A DNA stretch of 44,459 nt, counting the filler, from Jimgerdemannia flammicorona (taxonomy: Eukaryota), in the NCBI GenBank assembly GCA_003990765.1. It is 2 parts of 2 records of this genome, joined end to end, with 100 filler letters (N's around TTAATTAATTAA, not from the genome) between each part and the next. Parts side by side here need not be neighbours in the genome. Positions count along the whole stretch, not along the records: positions 1 to 22,181 come from RBNJ01001324.1; positions 22,282 to 44,459 come from RBNJ01001325.1. One strand, written 5' to 3'. Below the pieces are notes generated by a model. It did no database searches. It was not told the origin of the DNA and saw only the letters and a program-made list of their open reading frames with translations. Every line of letters begins with the position of its first letter. The first letter of the stretch is position 1. The translations under genes and the position numbers were made by a program. Shown here piece after piece: positions 12,185-24,197 of this stretch.

Positions 12185-12739
12185 TCAGCTCCTACTGAAG
12201 GATAGTCTGTTCCAGACTGTTCTTCAGTCATCATCCCAATAAGCATAGGCTGCTTCTGCATCTATACTTGTTCTATCATCTTTATTGTCTGTACTAGGGT
12301 TGCTCTATTCTAAAGATTCTTCTTCTTCTTCAGAGAATAGGACTTCAACAGCATTGATGAGACTCAAATAGATAGTAGAGTTCATCTCTTGAATGTTATT
12401 CAGGGAGAACTGTGCCTGTGTCAGAGTTGTGATATTTCATTTGTAAATGGTGTATAGTCTGTCTGCAGCAGTAGTGTCTCTTCTGGTCAGACTGGTGGTA
12501 TTTCTAATGTAGGTCTGTTCTGGGGCTGAGAGGTTCTGCAATTGTTTGCCAATTGCATAGTAGGCCTACAGTTGGTGGATTTGTAGTAGGCATCTGGTCA
12601 AGGTGAAGTTTTCTTGGTGGACTTGGATCTTCTGAAGGGGGTTTCCATTAACTTGGCCAAATTGAGGTAGAGGAACTGGTAGGGCCTGGAAGGAGCTGAG
12701 GACCAATGTCTGGAGGCACTGATCAATCCTTTGGCTCAT
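12185..12739 (-). pseudogene. Extra ORF3 of Gypsy A (up to 185 codons, unknown function)
   Basis: The ATG at 12739 overlaps the end of integrase. A single frame runs to the LTR with only TAG/TGA interruptions: MSQRIDQCLQTLVL...QL*AYYAIGKQLQ...AADRLYTIYK*...FSLNNIQEMN...EEEEE. Confidence 0.65.
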
Positions 12740-13790
12740 GGTGTAAGAGAAAGTATAGTTTGAGATGATTGATATGTACTGGTGTTCTCATAGTTTGTCC
12801 ATCCATGCTTCTTAAATAGATGCTAGTTCTTCTGATATTGTATACAAGATAAGGTCCTTCTCATTTAGGTTTCAGTTTAGTAGTAAAATTTGTTTCAATC
12901 ATGCTTCTCCAAACTAGTACTTGATCTCCAATCTTGATCTCCTGATCCTTTTGTTTTTGGTTATAGTACTTCTTTTGTCTTTCTTGGGCTTTGATAATCT
13001 GTCCTTGGGCTTGATTACATAACTGTTCTGCTCTCTTGAGAAGGTCTCCAAGATTCTCATGGTCAGCAGTTCTGGTTTTCTTGGCAAACATTATTTCAAA
13101 TGGCTTTTGTTTGGTGGAGGTAGCAGGAGTGTTTCGAATTTCCCATAGGATCTCAGGTAAGCAGAGGTTCCAATTAATAGGATTGACTCAGGCAAGTTCT
13201 TTTTTGATGGTCTGGTCCATTTTCTCTGTCATGCCATTGGTCTGAGAGTAGTATGATGTGGTCCTTTTGAGGTGGATCTTGTGAATTTGGGCATAACTGG
13301 TGATTATATTATTGATGAATTCCATGCCTCAGTTAGAGATAAGTTCTTCTGGAGGTCCATATCTGAGTGTGAGTCTATGGAGGAGACCTACAATAGTTAA
13401 GGCATCTGTGATTTCTATTGGAAAAGCCTCAGGCCACTTGGTCAGATGTTTCACAAATATAAGGATATATTTGTTTCTTCTTGGTATAACTGGTAGAGGT
13501 CCAATTACATCTATTCTCCATCTCTGAAAGATGTTTTCTGATGGTATGATTGGTTGCAATGGTGCTTGATAGTTCTTCTTTCCTTGGTACTTCTGACAGG
13601 TGTCATATTTCTTGAGTATGTCTTAGACTTGTATCCTAAGGTTGGGCCAATATTGGTGTGTTGTTCACAACTTTTCTTCTATATTTGCCTGTCCTTGATA
13701 GACTTTCTGATATTCTTTTTGAATGAGATCTTCTTGTACTTTAATGGTCTGAGGAGCTTCCTTTAGAGTGTAGTTCCTTGAGATACCCTT
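12723..13790 (-). pseudogene. Gypsy A integrase (no chromodomain)
   Basis: WRIDVIGPLP...LTKWPEAFPI...YGPPEELIS, QTNGMTEKM, IKIGDQVLV, EGPY and VHINHLKLY motifs. Confidence 0.9.
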
Positions 13791-13829
13791 CTTCTGATTC
13801 ATTGGGGCTAGTAGAAAAGTACATCAACA

Positions 13830-15100
13830 TTGTTGTGAGCTTTCTCTGCTTTGTAGATAATGGTGATTTTGTAATCCTAAAGGATAAGGATCCAGCAGGC
13901 TAGGATTCTGGTGGAGTTCTTGTGGTTGAATAGCCATTTGAGGGCTGCATAATCTGTGATCAGAGTGAACCTTTTTCCAATGAGGTAATGTTTGAATAGA
14001 GTGACCACCCATATGACTGCAAGGCATTCCAGTTTGGTGCTACCATAGTTCATCTGCTGCTGATTGGTAGCTCTGCTTGCATAAGCTATCATATGGTACT
14101 ATTGATTGAGTCCTTCTTAGGCCAGAACTACCTCAAGGCCATCTTTAGAAGTATCTGTATACAAGATGAATGGCTTCTGTAAATTGGGGCGTACAAGGAT
14201 TGGTGCTGTAGTCATGCAGTTCTTGAGTTCTCTGAAGGCTTTTTCTTATGTTTCTGTCCATTTGAATGGTACTTCTTTCTTGAGAAGGATTCAGATTGGG
14301 GCAGCAATTTGGGCAAAGTCTTTAATAAACCTTCTGTAGTAGGATACCAGTATCAGGAATGATAGTATTTCCTTTGGGGTTTTGGGTACTGGCCAATTGT
14401 TGATCTTCTTGGTCTTTTTTGGGTCTACATGGGTTCTTTCTTTCGAAACTATGAATTCAAGGAATTCAAGTTTCTATTTCCTGAAGTAGTATTTCTTTGC
14501 ATTTAGTCTCAAGTGGTTCTTGTGGGTGAGTTTGAAGAATTCCTCTAGATATACAGGTGTTCTTCAAAATTTGCTAAATAGATGTTGGAATCATCCATAT
14601 ATACAATCAGGCAGTAGTAGATCAAGGGGGTATAGACTGAATTCATCATCCTCTGGAAGGTTGGGGGTGCATTGCAAAGTTTAAAGGGCATTCAGAGGTA
14701 TTCAAACAGTTTTCCTAAAGCAAGAAAGGCTGTCTTTTGAATGTCCTTGGGGTCCATAGAGATCTCATGGAATTCTGTGAAGAGATCTATACTACTGAAG
14801 TATCTGGCATCTTGTAACTGATCCAAGAGGTCATCAATTCTGGGCAGAGGATAGGTATCCTTTTTGGTGACTGAATTGAGTTTCCTGTAATCTACACAGA
14901 GTCTCCATCCTCCTTCCTTTGGTATAATAAGTATAGAGCTGGCCTAGGGGCTAGTAAAGAGTCAGATGACCCTATTGTCTAAGAGTTCTTAAATGTGCTC
15001 CTTTTCGAATATTTTCAAGTAATGGGGTATTCTATAGAGTTTCTGTCAGATGGGTGTTGCATTTCCTATATTTATGCTGTGGTGATATGATGGATTGTAT
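13830..15100 (-). pseudogene. Gypsy A reverse transcriptase + RNase H
   Basis: GGWRLCVDYRKLN, YPLPRIDDLLDQL and LIVYMDDSNI (~14580-14610). RNase H: IAYASR...NYGSTKLECLAVIW...FTLITDY. Confidence 0.92.
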
Positions 15101-15619
15101 GGTAGGTTGCCATAATCAGTGGTGAAGATATCTTGATATTTATTGAGAAGTTCTACTAGTTGTTGCTGTTGTTAAGGTATCAATTCTTCTCCAATATTGG
15201 TGGAAGGCTTCACTGTCTCCTGGGTCACAGAGGGGCCTTTCCTTTCTTCTGAGACCTTTTGCTGTTTCCCAATAGATTTAGTTCATAAACTTCTCTATAG
15301 GTTTAGTTGAGAAAAGGTACCAGGTGCCCTATGATGGTTCCTTTCAGCAGGATGATGGTCTCCCAACTTTGGTTGATTGCTTGGGAGTATACTGAATTCA
15401 TCTTGTTAGGGAATATGTGTCCCTCTATATCCAGGTGTGGGATATCTTCCTTGGGTTCAAAGAAAAGGTTCCTGGGGTCAGGTGGTGCAAAGATTTCATA
15501 GATAGTTTGTTCTCTGGACTCCAGGATAAGATTCTTGTACAGTCTGACTGGTTGCTAGTACAGTTGCTGGGGAATATTCCTCTTGAGGTGGTTGACTTGA
15601 AGAAGATGTACTTCCTTTC

Positions 15620-16034
15620 TGTCTGAACTTCCAAATCTCTTGGCTTGTCTTATTTCTTCAGTTAGTTTAGAGATTTCTTGTAACTGGAGAGTCTTGATCT
15701 TCATGAAGACTGCTTGGGCAATCTTCTGTCCTCTAATAATTTGGTACCATTCTGCACTGCTGTTGTGTAAAATAACCTTGATTTCGCCTGTATATCCTGG
15801 GTCAATAGTTCCTCCTTCCACAGTTATTCCTTGTTTAGCAAGTCCAGACCTTGAGGTCAGTTGGATGTAAGATCCTTGGAGTGGCTGCATGACTAATCTG
15901 GTTCTGATCATGAAGGTTTTTCCAGGTTTGATAGATTCATCCTCCAGACTGTGAAGATCATACCCTATATCTTCTGGGTGGGCTTTGGTCAGGAGTTTGG
16001 CCTTGGGGTGCAGCAGGGCATACTGGACAATATC
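15620..16034 (-). pseudogene. dut: Trimeric dUTPase domain of Gypsy A (between protease and RT)
   Basis: All five motifs are recognisable: DIGYDL, SRSGLA, GGTIDPGYTGEIKV, GQKIAQ, RQAKRFGSS. Confidence 0.92.
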
Positions 16035-17349
16035 CTTGCTGAGTTCAGGCTTTCCTAAGGCTGAAGCTCTACTAGCAGAGAGCCTCCAAGCTCTGAGATT
16101 GAGGTGAGGCCATCTGGCTCCAGTGGAAGGGTCTCAGAGGTAGTTAATTCCTCTTCTTCCTGTAGGGTCTAGGGTTTCCATGAAGTTGGCAGCATCTCCT
16201 GCCCATCCTCAGTAGGTTGTATATCTGATGAGAGCTAGGATGTCTTCTCTCAGATCATAGATCTTGAGAATTCTTCTTTCTGGCTTCTTGGTCTGGCTTT
16301 TTCAGATCTGGCTTCAGTTATCTCCTCTCTTCAAGGTGTGGACTATAATATCATGGCTGAGGTGAATCTTCTGATGTCTACAATCTTGGCAATCTGGGTG
16401 TCTTCCATGGTTACAATATCCTATTGCTTGGAAATGATGTTCTCAGCTATTTATCTCTTGTTGCCTTGGGAATCAGTACCTATCTTAGTTATAAGTTGGA
16501 GGAAGAGTGGATAAGAGGTATGTATACTTCTGTTTGGGTGAAGAGATCTTGTCCCCTGAATCAGCTTTACAACTTGGTAGTAACTTCTTAGAAAGTAGTT
16601 AACTGTACAACTATATTTGGAGGTTCTGATCTCTGGGGTCTCTGTCTCTCCTATTGGTCTAGTAGATGATGGCACTGGTAGTAATAGTCTTGGGGAGAGT
16701 GGAAGACTATTTGGTATAGACATCTTCCTAGCTAAAATACCCTCTCTTAGTGAGTTTCTTTCTTGGAGATACTAGGGATTGTACTGGTTCCTTCTTCTAT
16801 ATTTTAAGGGTCATTGTCTTCAGGTAGTGTCCAGTGAGGGTCATTCTAGTGAATGAGTTTAGGGATCTCTTCTTCTTCAGGTACTTCTCATTCAGGAACT
16901 TCTTGGTCAGGAACTTCTTCTTCCTTAGATAATTCTTGACCCCAAATTGCTTATACTTCTGCAGCTTCAGCTGCAGGTGTTTCTGAAACATATCTGCATT
17001 TCTTCTTCTTCTTTCTGCACTCAGGGCAAGCTGTGCCAGACGAATTCTTTGTCCCAATGATCTTAGAGAAGTACTCAGGGCACTTGTATCTCTTGAGACA
17101 GGTGGGGCATCCTTTGATCTCTCCTGCAATGGCTCTGATGGTAATGGAGACAGTATTCTTAGCCTATACATTGTCTTCTGGTCTGTCTTTCACTAGGTTG
17201 ATCCTGGGATTGAGTCTGGGGTCATTTCCATCTTCAGATTCTCCTTCTTCCTCTATAGTGTACTCTTTACTGCTGGTATATTTTTCCTGGATAGTGACCT
17301 TCTTCTTCTTCTTTGATTGCTTATAGCTAGTCACCTTAACTCTGTACTT

Positions 17350-17690
17350 CTTGTCTTGGTAGTTAAACTTAAGTACTTGTTGACTGATATTAACAACTTC
17401 ATTCATTTCCTTTATCCAGTTGATACTAAGGATTATATCATAGATGACAGCTTTGGTGATAATAGCTTTTGGGATAGAGAACTAAATATATCTCAGGGAG
17501 ATGGTGATGTTTTATACTTCTCCAAGGGGTTGAGTTTAGGCTCTATCTGCTACCATTATGCTGAGGTTAGATGGTCTATCAATGGGCCATCCAGAAATTA
17601 TTTAGCAATAATACAGATAGCTGTTCCTATATCTATAAGAATTTTTATTTTTTGCCCTCTAATGTCTCTATGTAAGTAGGTGCTGACATG
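17350..17690 (-). pseudogene. Gypsy A aspartic protease
   Basis: IFIDIGTAICII (decayed DTG), followed by a DIILSINW (LG.DW-like) motif. Confidence 0.75.
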
Positions 17691-18249
17691 TCTCTCTGTA
17701 GCCTGGATGGGTATGGGGGCTGGCTCTTACTGTAGGATGAGAACTTAGCCAGTGCTAGACCTGGTGGTCTTCAGAAATTTGTTTCAAACTCTGGCTATTG
17801 TCAGTTACAGGAACTGTAGAAGAGAGACCTCCATATTGGCTTCTTGAATCTTCTACCAGACTTCATTGTAGATGCCTCTAGATATGGTCTTTGGGGCATA
17901 CTTCTTCTTAGACTTTGGGGCAGCAGATTCTCATTCTTCTTGTTTCATTTCTTCATTCTCTAGTAGCAGCTCATTTGTCTCAGAGACAAAAGAAAAAGAA
18001 GTCTGAAGAGGTATTTCTACTTATTCCTCCTCATGTTCTTCATATTCTTCTTAGATGATTCTTCTACTGATATTCCTGGATGGCCTTCCTATAGGTCTCT
18101 TCCTTTTCTCCACTGGGTAGACTGTTTTTCAGGTAATAACCTTGGTAGAGTACAAGTCCAGGTCACTATAGTCTTCACTATTGCTTGCTTCCTTGAAATC
18201 TTCAATAGGATGGGCTTCAGTCTTCTTGTACTGAGTGTCATTCCTTTGG

Positions 18250-20090
18250 TTTGATAGTTCTGAGTTCCTTTAGTTACTTCTCTTATTGTCATATTCAGTA
18301 GTATAGTGTCCAAATTATCTACAGTAGAAGTATTAAACTTGGGCTCTGTCTTGGACAGAGTATCTTCTTTCTTCTAGCTGGTAGCTCCTGTTATCTCTTA
18401 GTGGATAACTTTGGCTTCTTTATAGAAGATATCCTCTGTTGTCTTGATAACTCTAATTTTTATATATGGTGAGTTTTTCAATCTGTCCAACCAATCAGTC
18501 CAATTTAGAGCTGAGGTCTTGAATTTCACTCCTGTCCTTCTTCCCTTCTTTGGCTGGCCTTCTTTCTTTGGATCTTTCTTGTCCTTTAAGGAGTTCTTGT
18601 AGAGCTTTGACTAGGATGTCTTCTTTATCTTCTTTCTTATCATAATCACTCCAGGTAGTTCCTTGTCTGATATTAAAGAATCCTTAGACTACATCTACTT
18701 GTTCTTCAGACCTTCTGATGCCTAGAGTTCAGACATGCTGGGAAATATTTGGGGGAATCCTATTCATGAAGGTCATTGGACCTATGATATCCTGGTTGGT
18801 GGTATTGAACCCAGCAGTATGCATTCTTTTCTGAATTCTTATAAAGAAGGCTCTGGGTAATTCTCCAAGATTCATCTTCATCCCTATAATGGATTCTTGA
18901 GTCTTGTGGCAGATTTTGTTTTCTGTATATTTTTCAATAAGCCAGTGGACCATGGCCACATATTCCAGCTCATAGAATGCTACTGCTTGTATCTGTCTTG
19001 CTAGTTCTGAATATAGGTTATTTGCTATTTAGTGGAAAATTCCTCTGGCTGGTTCTCTGAGCTGGGTCTTGTAGATGGCAATTTTTCTTTCATCTGAGAG
19101 ATTTCTCAGGGCTGCAATTTCTTCAATTCTATCAAGGAATTCTCTGGAGTCTTCCTCCAGGTATCTTGCCAAGGTTGGCAATAAGGTGGCCATTTCATCA
19201 TCACTTTCTTCTGATTCTGGTTCTGGTTCAGATTCTGATTCAGATTCTGACTCTGATTCACTTTCTGAACTGTCACTGGAGATGGGAGTACTTGGATATC
19301 TTGAGGATAGTGTTCTGGACCTTGGATGAAGTAGAATGAGCCTAAGTATTCTTGTAGAAGCTACTTCCAATTCTGCAAGAGCTGGTGGTAAAGGTTCAAT
19401 AGGTGAGATTGGTGGAACTAGTATGGGGTATCTGGCTGTAAGATCTCAGGCTTATATAATGAGATCTTCTGGTTCTTGTACAAGTTCTTCAAGTTGTCCA
19501 GCAGAGTCACCTGTGTTGTCTGATTGATCTGCTTAGGGATCTCTGACTGTATTGGCTTCTGGTTGGGATCCTTCTGATTAGTGCTCCCAATGAATTGAAT
19601 TGAATTGAATTTGGCCCAAACTCGATTCGATTCGATTGAATCAAGGGTCCAATTCGATTCGAAGTTCGATTCAAATCTTAATTTTCAAAATATAATAACT
19701 CGACGAAAACTCATCCAAATTTATCATATGTTAGCTTGTTAGATTCACCATATTAATGTGATTCTAACAAGCTACAGTACATTAGATTTAGATGAGTTTA
19801 CGCTGAGTTATTGCATTTTGAAAATTAGGGTTCGAATCAGACCCTCAATTTGATTTGACTTTTGATTTGATTTGAATTGATTCAAATTGAAAAATCCCCA
19901 ATTCAATTCAACTTGTTTAACCCTCAATTTGATTCGATTTGAATTGATTCGACTCGTTTGGGAGCACTACTTCTGATGCTAAATAGTTGGCAAGTCTTGA
20001 GATAATTACTTCTCTTCCTGTTCAGATATTAGTGATAACTGATTCTCCTGTGGTGATAGAGATTAGTATTGTATCAAATGTATCCAGTTT
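18250..20090 (-). pseudogene. Gypsy A gag (N-terminal region interrupted by the MITE)
   Basis: SE-rich linker, capsid-like EDSREFLDRIEEIAALRNLSDERKI and GELPRAFFIRI, and a decayed zinc knuckle YFYCR*FGHY near 18290-18335. Confidence 0.8.
19579..19969. mobile_element. hAT-type MITE, 391 bp, inserted in Gypsy A
   Basis: Perfect 12-bp TIRs TAGTGCTCCCAA / TTGGGAGCACTA. Perfect 8-bp TSD CTTCTGAT at 19571-19578 and 19970-19977. Subterminal (ATTCG/ATTTG)n repeats; no ORF. Confidence 0.95.
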
Positions 20091-20136
20091 GACTGTGGGT
20101 TCTTGTGAGCTAAAAAGTTATGTCAATTTGAAATCC

Positions 20137-20153
20137 TCTCAGTTAAGCCCCCA
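20137..20153 (-). other. Primer-binding site of Gypsy A, tRNA-Pro-like
   Basis: TGGGGGCTTAACTGAGA, 2 nt inside the 5' LTR, resembles the canonical tRNA-Pro PBS TGGGGGCTC...CCGGGA allowing for transitions. Confidence 0.65.
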
Positions 20154-20155
20154 AA

Positions 20156-21499
20156 TGTGATGTACCAGACTCAATGGAGGCAAATTACAAGGTTGGGGGT
20201 TGATGTAGTTTGGCTTGAGCCCCTAGTTACTTTGTCAAAAAGCAACAAAATGTTCTAAGATTTCTGAAGTCCTTATTGGTGTTTAGTGGTATAATAGTCA
20301 ATCTGAATACAGTAATAGTTCCTCTGTTCACATGGTAGTTAATTTATGTAGATTTTCTTAGAGATAGTTCCCTGGGTATAGCAGTGATTTGTGTATAAAT
20401 GGGTTTCCCTCTTAAGTTAACTGGGAATTGATAGAATTTCATATATAGTATGATGATCTCTGTATGTAATAGTCTGGCAATTTAGTGGTTTCCTTCTTAA
20501 GTAATGGGTGATCTCTATATAGTGTGATGATCTCCAAAAGTATACGATTTCTAGATAATAGTCATGTTTTCAAAAGTATATAATTTCTGGTAGATAGTTC
20601 AATTTGGATGTGGATTCTCCTAAATCAGTAGGCTTCTTGAATGTTGCAGATTCTCCTAAATCAGCTCACTGGGAATTATGCTCAGCAGCTTACTGGGAAT
20701 AGAGAGTGGTATAGATTCTTCTTACTGGGAATAAACTAATAACTCAGATAACTCAGATGATGCAGATTCTTCCTAAATCAGTGGGGTTCTCGGAATAGTA
20801 CTCAGATTCTTGGTAAGTTACATCAAAGACTGACTTCATTTATATGGAGTTATATTATAAACTGGCTCTACTGTAAAGTTGTATCAAGAGACTGACTTGT
20901 AGCAAGAATAGGTGGGCTCTTTGGAAATGTGAATAACTTGGAAATGGCAGTAAAGTTCTTCCTTAAACTTTGGTGGCAAACTTGGATTCTTCAGACTTAT
21001 CTGGTAAGTAAACTAAGGCTTTATATCAGAAAGTAGACCAGAGTGAGAAAGGGACAAAGCTCACAATCTCTTAGTAGTGGCTGTAGAGCAGGCATTTCTC
21101 TTAAGTATTGTAATCCTTCCTAGATCAAATGACTTTTGGCAGATATATCTCTCAAAGTGTAGTAGGCAGACTTGTCTTTTGTTTTATATTTTGGAACTGA
21201 GGTTTATTCACTCTTGTCTCTGGGGAATTTATATATTATGGTTGCTATATAGCTAACTATAGATTTACCATTTATAGTAAGTTGTACAGGTCCAGTACAA
21301 GTGTACAGGTCTAGTACAGGTGTGCAGATCCTGCACAGATATACCTTATCTGGTAGTCTAACTATTTATATAGTTTTCTACAGCAATGGTTGCTATATCT
21401 AATTACTATACTATGTGTTTATATCATCTGACTAAGTTACTAATTGTTCACATTATCTGGCTGAGTTATAATTCAGGTGATATATCTTAGTTTGTCACA
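20156..21499 (-). repeat. 5' LTR of Gypsy A (1344 bp)
   Basis: TGTGATGTA...TTGTCACA, homologous to 11036-12184 but with large indels. Confidence 0.88.
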
Positions 21500-22181
21500 A
21501 TATAGATGTTTCCAATGTAATTTTATTTCTGGATATTATTAGTTATTAGATTGATCTTGATTAGCAACTTAAATCTCTTACCCTTAACTTTATCAAACTT
21601 ACTAGTTCTCATTCTGGAGAAAACATTGCAGATACTTTATTAGTTATATCTGAGAGCTTGAGATGACAACTAAGATAGCTTGCTATCTAGTTGGTATTTT
21701 GAGAGAAATCTTAAAACAAAATAGATTTTAATAATTATTTATTTTTGTATAAATTTGTTAACTAAAAATTTCAAGTATAGATTTTGGCCATTATGATAGA
21801 TAATACTATATATAAATAATACAGTATTTTTCTGAATTTTAGCAGCCAACCTTCAATAGGAAAATATAGCCTTTAGTATAAAAAACTATCATATATATTA
21901 TTAGGCCCATGTACTGAATCTTGCTATTTAGGATTATCATATATATATAGACAAAACATCTAGAAGTAAAGAGACTCTGAGTATTGTTTTCAAGCTATGC
22001 AAACTGATTATATTGATCTGATCATCTCTACAATAATGAGAAAAATTTACTATATAGTATAAAGCAATCAGTTTAGTCCCAAAAGAGCTGATATTAGATA
22101 TCTGTATATATTAGAACTTAATATTTATATTGATCTAGTATATGCTGGAGTTTGCTATAGTATATACTTTTTTCTTTTTTT
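21500..22181 (+). mobile_element. Internal fragment of a hAT transposase gene, heavily mutated
   Basis: Colinear with the reverse complement of ~33600-34265, including an intron: NVILFLDIISY*IDLD*QLKSLTLNFIKLTSSHSGENIAD. Confidence 0.85.
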
Positions 22182-22281
22182 NNNNNNNNNNNNNNNNNNN
22201 NNNNNNNNNNNNNNNNNNNNNNNNNTTAATTAATTAANNNNNNNNNNNNNNNNNNNNNNNNNNNNNNNNNNNNNNNNNNNN
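22182..22281. other. Assembly gap spacer (44 N + TTAATTAATTAA + 44 N)
   Basis: Exactly 100 bp and symmetric. The 12-mer gives stops in all six frames, as in scaffold linkers. Confidence 0.97.
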
Positions 22282-22648
22282 CCCCCTCCCTAGGCTCGCC
22301 TTGCCCTTCCCCTCAGCAGCACCAGCCCTTCCCCCAGCCGGCCACCCACTCCCCTTGACCTTGTCCGCAAAGCTCGGGAGCCCAGACTTTCCCCCATTGT
22401 CACCAGCCGACCCTTGCCCACCAGCCCTGTCTCCTCCTCCACCACGGCCTCCCACCAGCAGGCACCTCATGCTTCCCCCCAAGCCAGGACCTCTCCCCAC
22501 ATTCTGCCATTCGAACGCTCCAGGGCTACCCTGCCCAGTACGCACCTCCGGATGCTCGTTGGTCACTATGAAACTAGTAGCTTTTCTCCAGAAACTGTGT
22601 CGAAAGTGTTGCCAAAGGGTTGTGTAACCTGAATGTTACCGGAGAAAG
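22282..22648 (-). mobile_element. 5' end of LINE copy 2 (5'UTR + start of ORF1); body lost in the gap
   Basis: Near-colinear with 38690-38958 (GRGPGLGGSMR..LLVGG; CTCCAGAAACTGT.TCGAAAGT.TTGCCAAA.GGTTGT.TAACCTGAATGTT). Retains many CpGs. Confidence 0.88.
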
Positions 22649-22651
22649 ATG

Positions 22652-23245
22652 TTTGCATGCTCCCTCTACCTGCCCCACCCATCCTGGATACTTGCAGCTT
22701 GGGGCTGTCTCTTGCTGCCGGCGGAGGACCACAAACTTTGCATGCACCCTCACTGACCCCACACCCACCAACCCCACCCACTGATCTGGATGCTGATAGC
22801 TTGGGGCTGCCTCTCACTACTGGCAGAGGGCCACAAATTTTGCATGCTCCCTCCACCTTCCCCGCCCATCCCAGATACTTGTGGCTCAGGGCTGTCTCTT
22901 GCTGCCAGCAGAGGACTGTGCATGCTCCCTCTACTGACCCCATGTCCACCAATCCCACCAACCAACCCCACCCACTGACCCAAGCACTGATAGCTTGGGG
23001 CTGCCCCTTGCTGCTGGCAGAGGACCACAAGTTTTGTGTGCTCCCTCCGCCAACCCCCCTGACTGGGACACTTGCAGCTTAGGGCTACCCCTTGCTGCTG
23101 GTAGAGGGCCGCAAATTTTGCATACTCCCTCCACTGACCCGCCCATCGACCCACCCACTGACCCAGGCACTGATAGCTTGGGGCTGCCCCTTATTGCTGG
23201 CAGAGGGCTGCAAACACTGCATGCTCCCTCTGCCACCACCACCAA
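22652..23245. repeat. C-rich tandem array, ~6.5 units of 78-116 bp in alternating A/B types
   Basis: TGCATGCTCCCTC-like unit starts at ~22652, 22737, 22839, 22917, 23033, 23117, 23217, with a shared GGGGCTG...GCTGCTGGCAGAGG core. Confidence 0.9.
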
Positions 23246-23386
23246 CCCTGCTGACCACTGCCCACTTGGGCCACAAACTCCGGGCCGAGTTCTCAGGGTT
23301 TTTGCCTTTTTATTATTTTTTGAAAGGTATTAAATATTCCACAAGGCCAACCAACTTATCTGCAAACCCCCAGAACCTACCGAATT

Positions 23387-24197
23387 TTAGCAGCCTGAGC
23401 CCCACTAAGATTTCAGACACATACATGCCCGGATTGTCTCAGCATTCAGCACACACCTCTTTGGGACAACAAGGTCCACTCTACTTGAGAACACCTACTC
23501 AACAGAAGTACTGGAGGCAGGAATTACCAGGTAGTTCTGAGCTATGCCACACAGGCTGAAGAAGTCCATTTGATGCAGCTGCACACCCCAGTGGGTAGAG
23601 TGGTGGGTAGAGCAGTAGTTAGATTAGTGGGTTAAATTGGCCCAACACCCATCTGACAACCCACCTTCCACCAGTTGAGCACCTCTGCGCCCTCCAGCAG
23701 GATCATGTGGTCACTGGTAAGGTAAATGGTAAGTTCATCTATTGATGGCAGCTCTTCCACTAATGGCTCCCTCTTCCTCTTTCTGCTGAAGTAAATGTGG
23801 GACAGGAGGGATCCCTCAGCATATTCATCCAGACTTTGGTTGGAACCTTGCAGTGGTGCATAGTTTTTCTGATATACTTCGATTATGGCCTACTTGGTTC
23901 TCTCAATGAAGTGCTGCTCCCAGCCCTGATCTTTATAGTATTGTAGCTTTAAGCGTAGGTCCAGCACTATTTGAAGGAGAGGAGAGAGTGAGTTTTTGCA
24001 GAGGTTTCTCTGTTTTGGAAGGGGTAATGGCCACATGCTGACATCGACATTGACATATCTGTACTGATTGAGTATATAGAAATATCTGTTTAGGAGTAGT
24101 ACTTTCTGAGCTTGCTAAGAGCAACCTCCACAGTGTCTCTCTGATCCAGACTCAACTGTAAATCACCGCAACCCTCCAGCATGTTCTCGAGCTTGTC
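23387..24197 (-). pseudogene. 3' part of a hAT transposase (split from 33238-35391 by Gypsy B)
   Basis: SKLRKYY, LDLRLK (LDPR.K) and the dimerisation domain LVIPASSTSVE*VFS...KRCVLNAETIRACMCLKS. Confidence 0.9.

Larger units (their letters stand above)
11036..21499 (-). mobile_element. Ty3/Gypsy LTR retrotransposon A: LTR-PBS-gag-PR-(insert)-dUTPase-RT-RNaseH-INT-ORF3-LTR, decayed
   Basis: Related TG...CA LTRs at both ends, Gypsy domain order PR-RT-RH-INT, no recognisable TSD. Confidence 0.92.

Noticed and set aside
19200..19275. (GATTCA/GATTCT)n hexamer repeat
   Set aside because: It encodes the ordinary SE-rich low-complexity linker of gag.
21832..21847. CTGAATTTTAGCAGCC resembles CCGAATTTTAGCAGCC at ~23380 (possible paired TIR)
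   Set aside because: It is in the same orientation rather than inverted, and it lies within sequence colinear with the hAT coding region.
22226..22237. TTAATTAATTAA palindrome inside the N run
   Set aside because: It is an artificial six-frame-stop scaffold linker centred in an exact 100-bp gap.
22652..23245. Repeat-spacer appearance suggestive of a CRISPR array, and many overlapping ORFs (22566-23559)
   Set aside because: The context is eukaryotic, the repeats are long and degenerate, the spacers are homologous C-rich sequence, and there are no cas genes. The ORFs are by-products of a GC-rich repeat.
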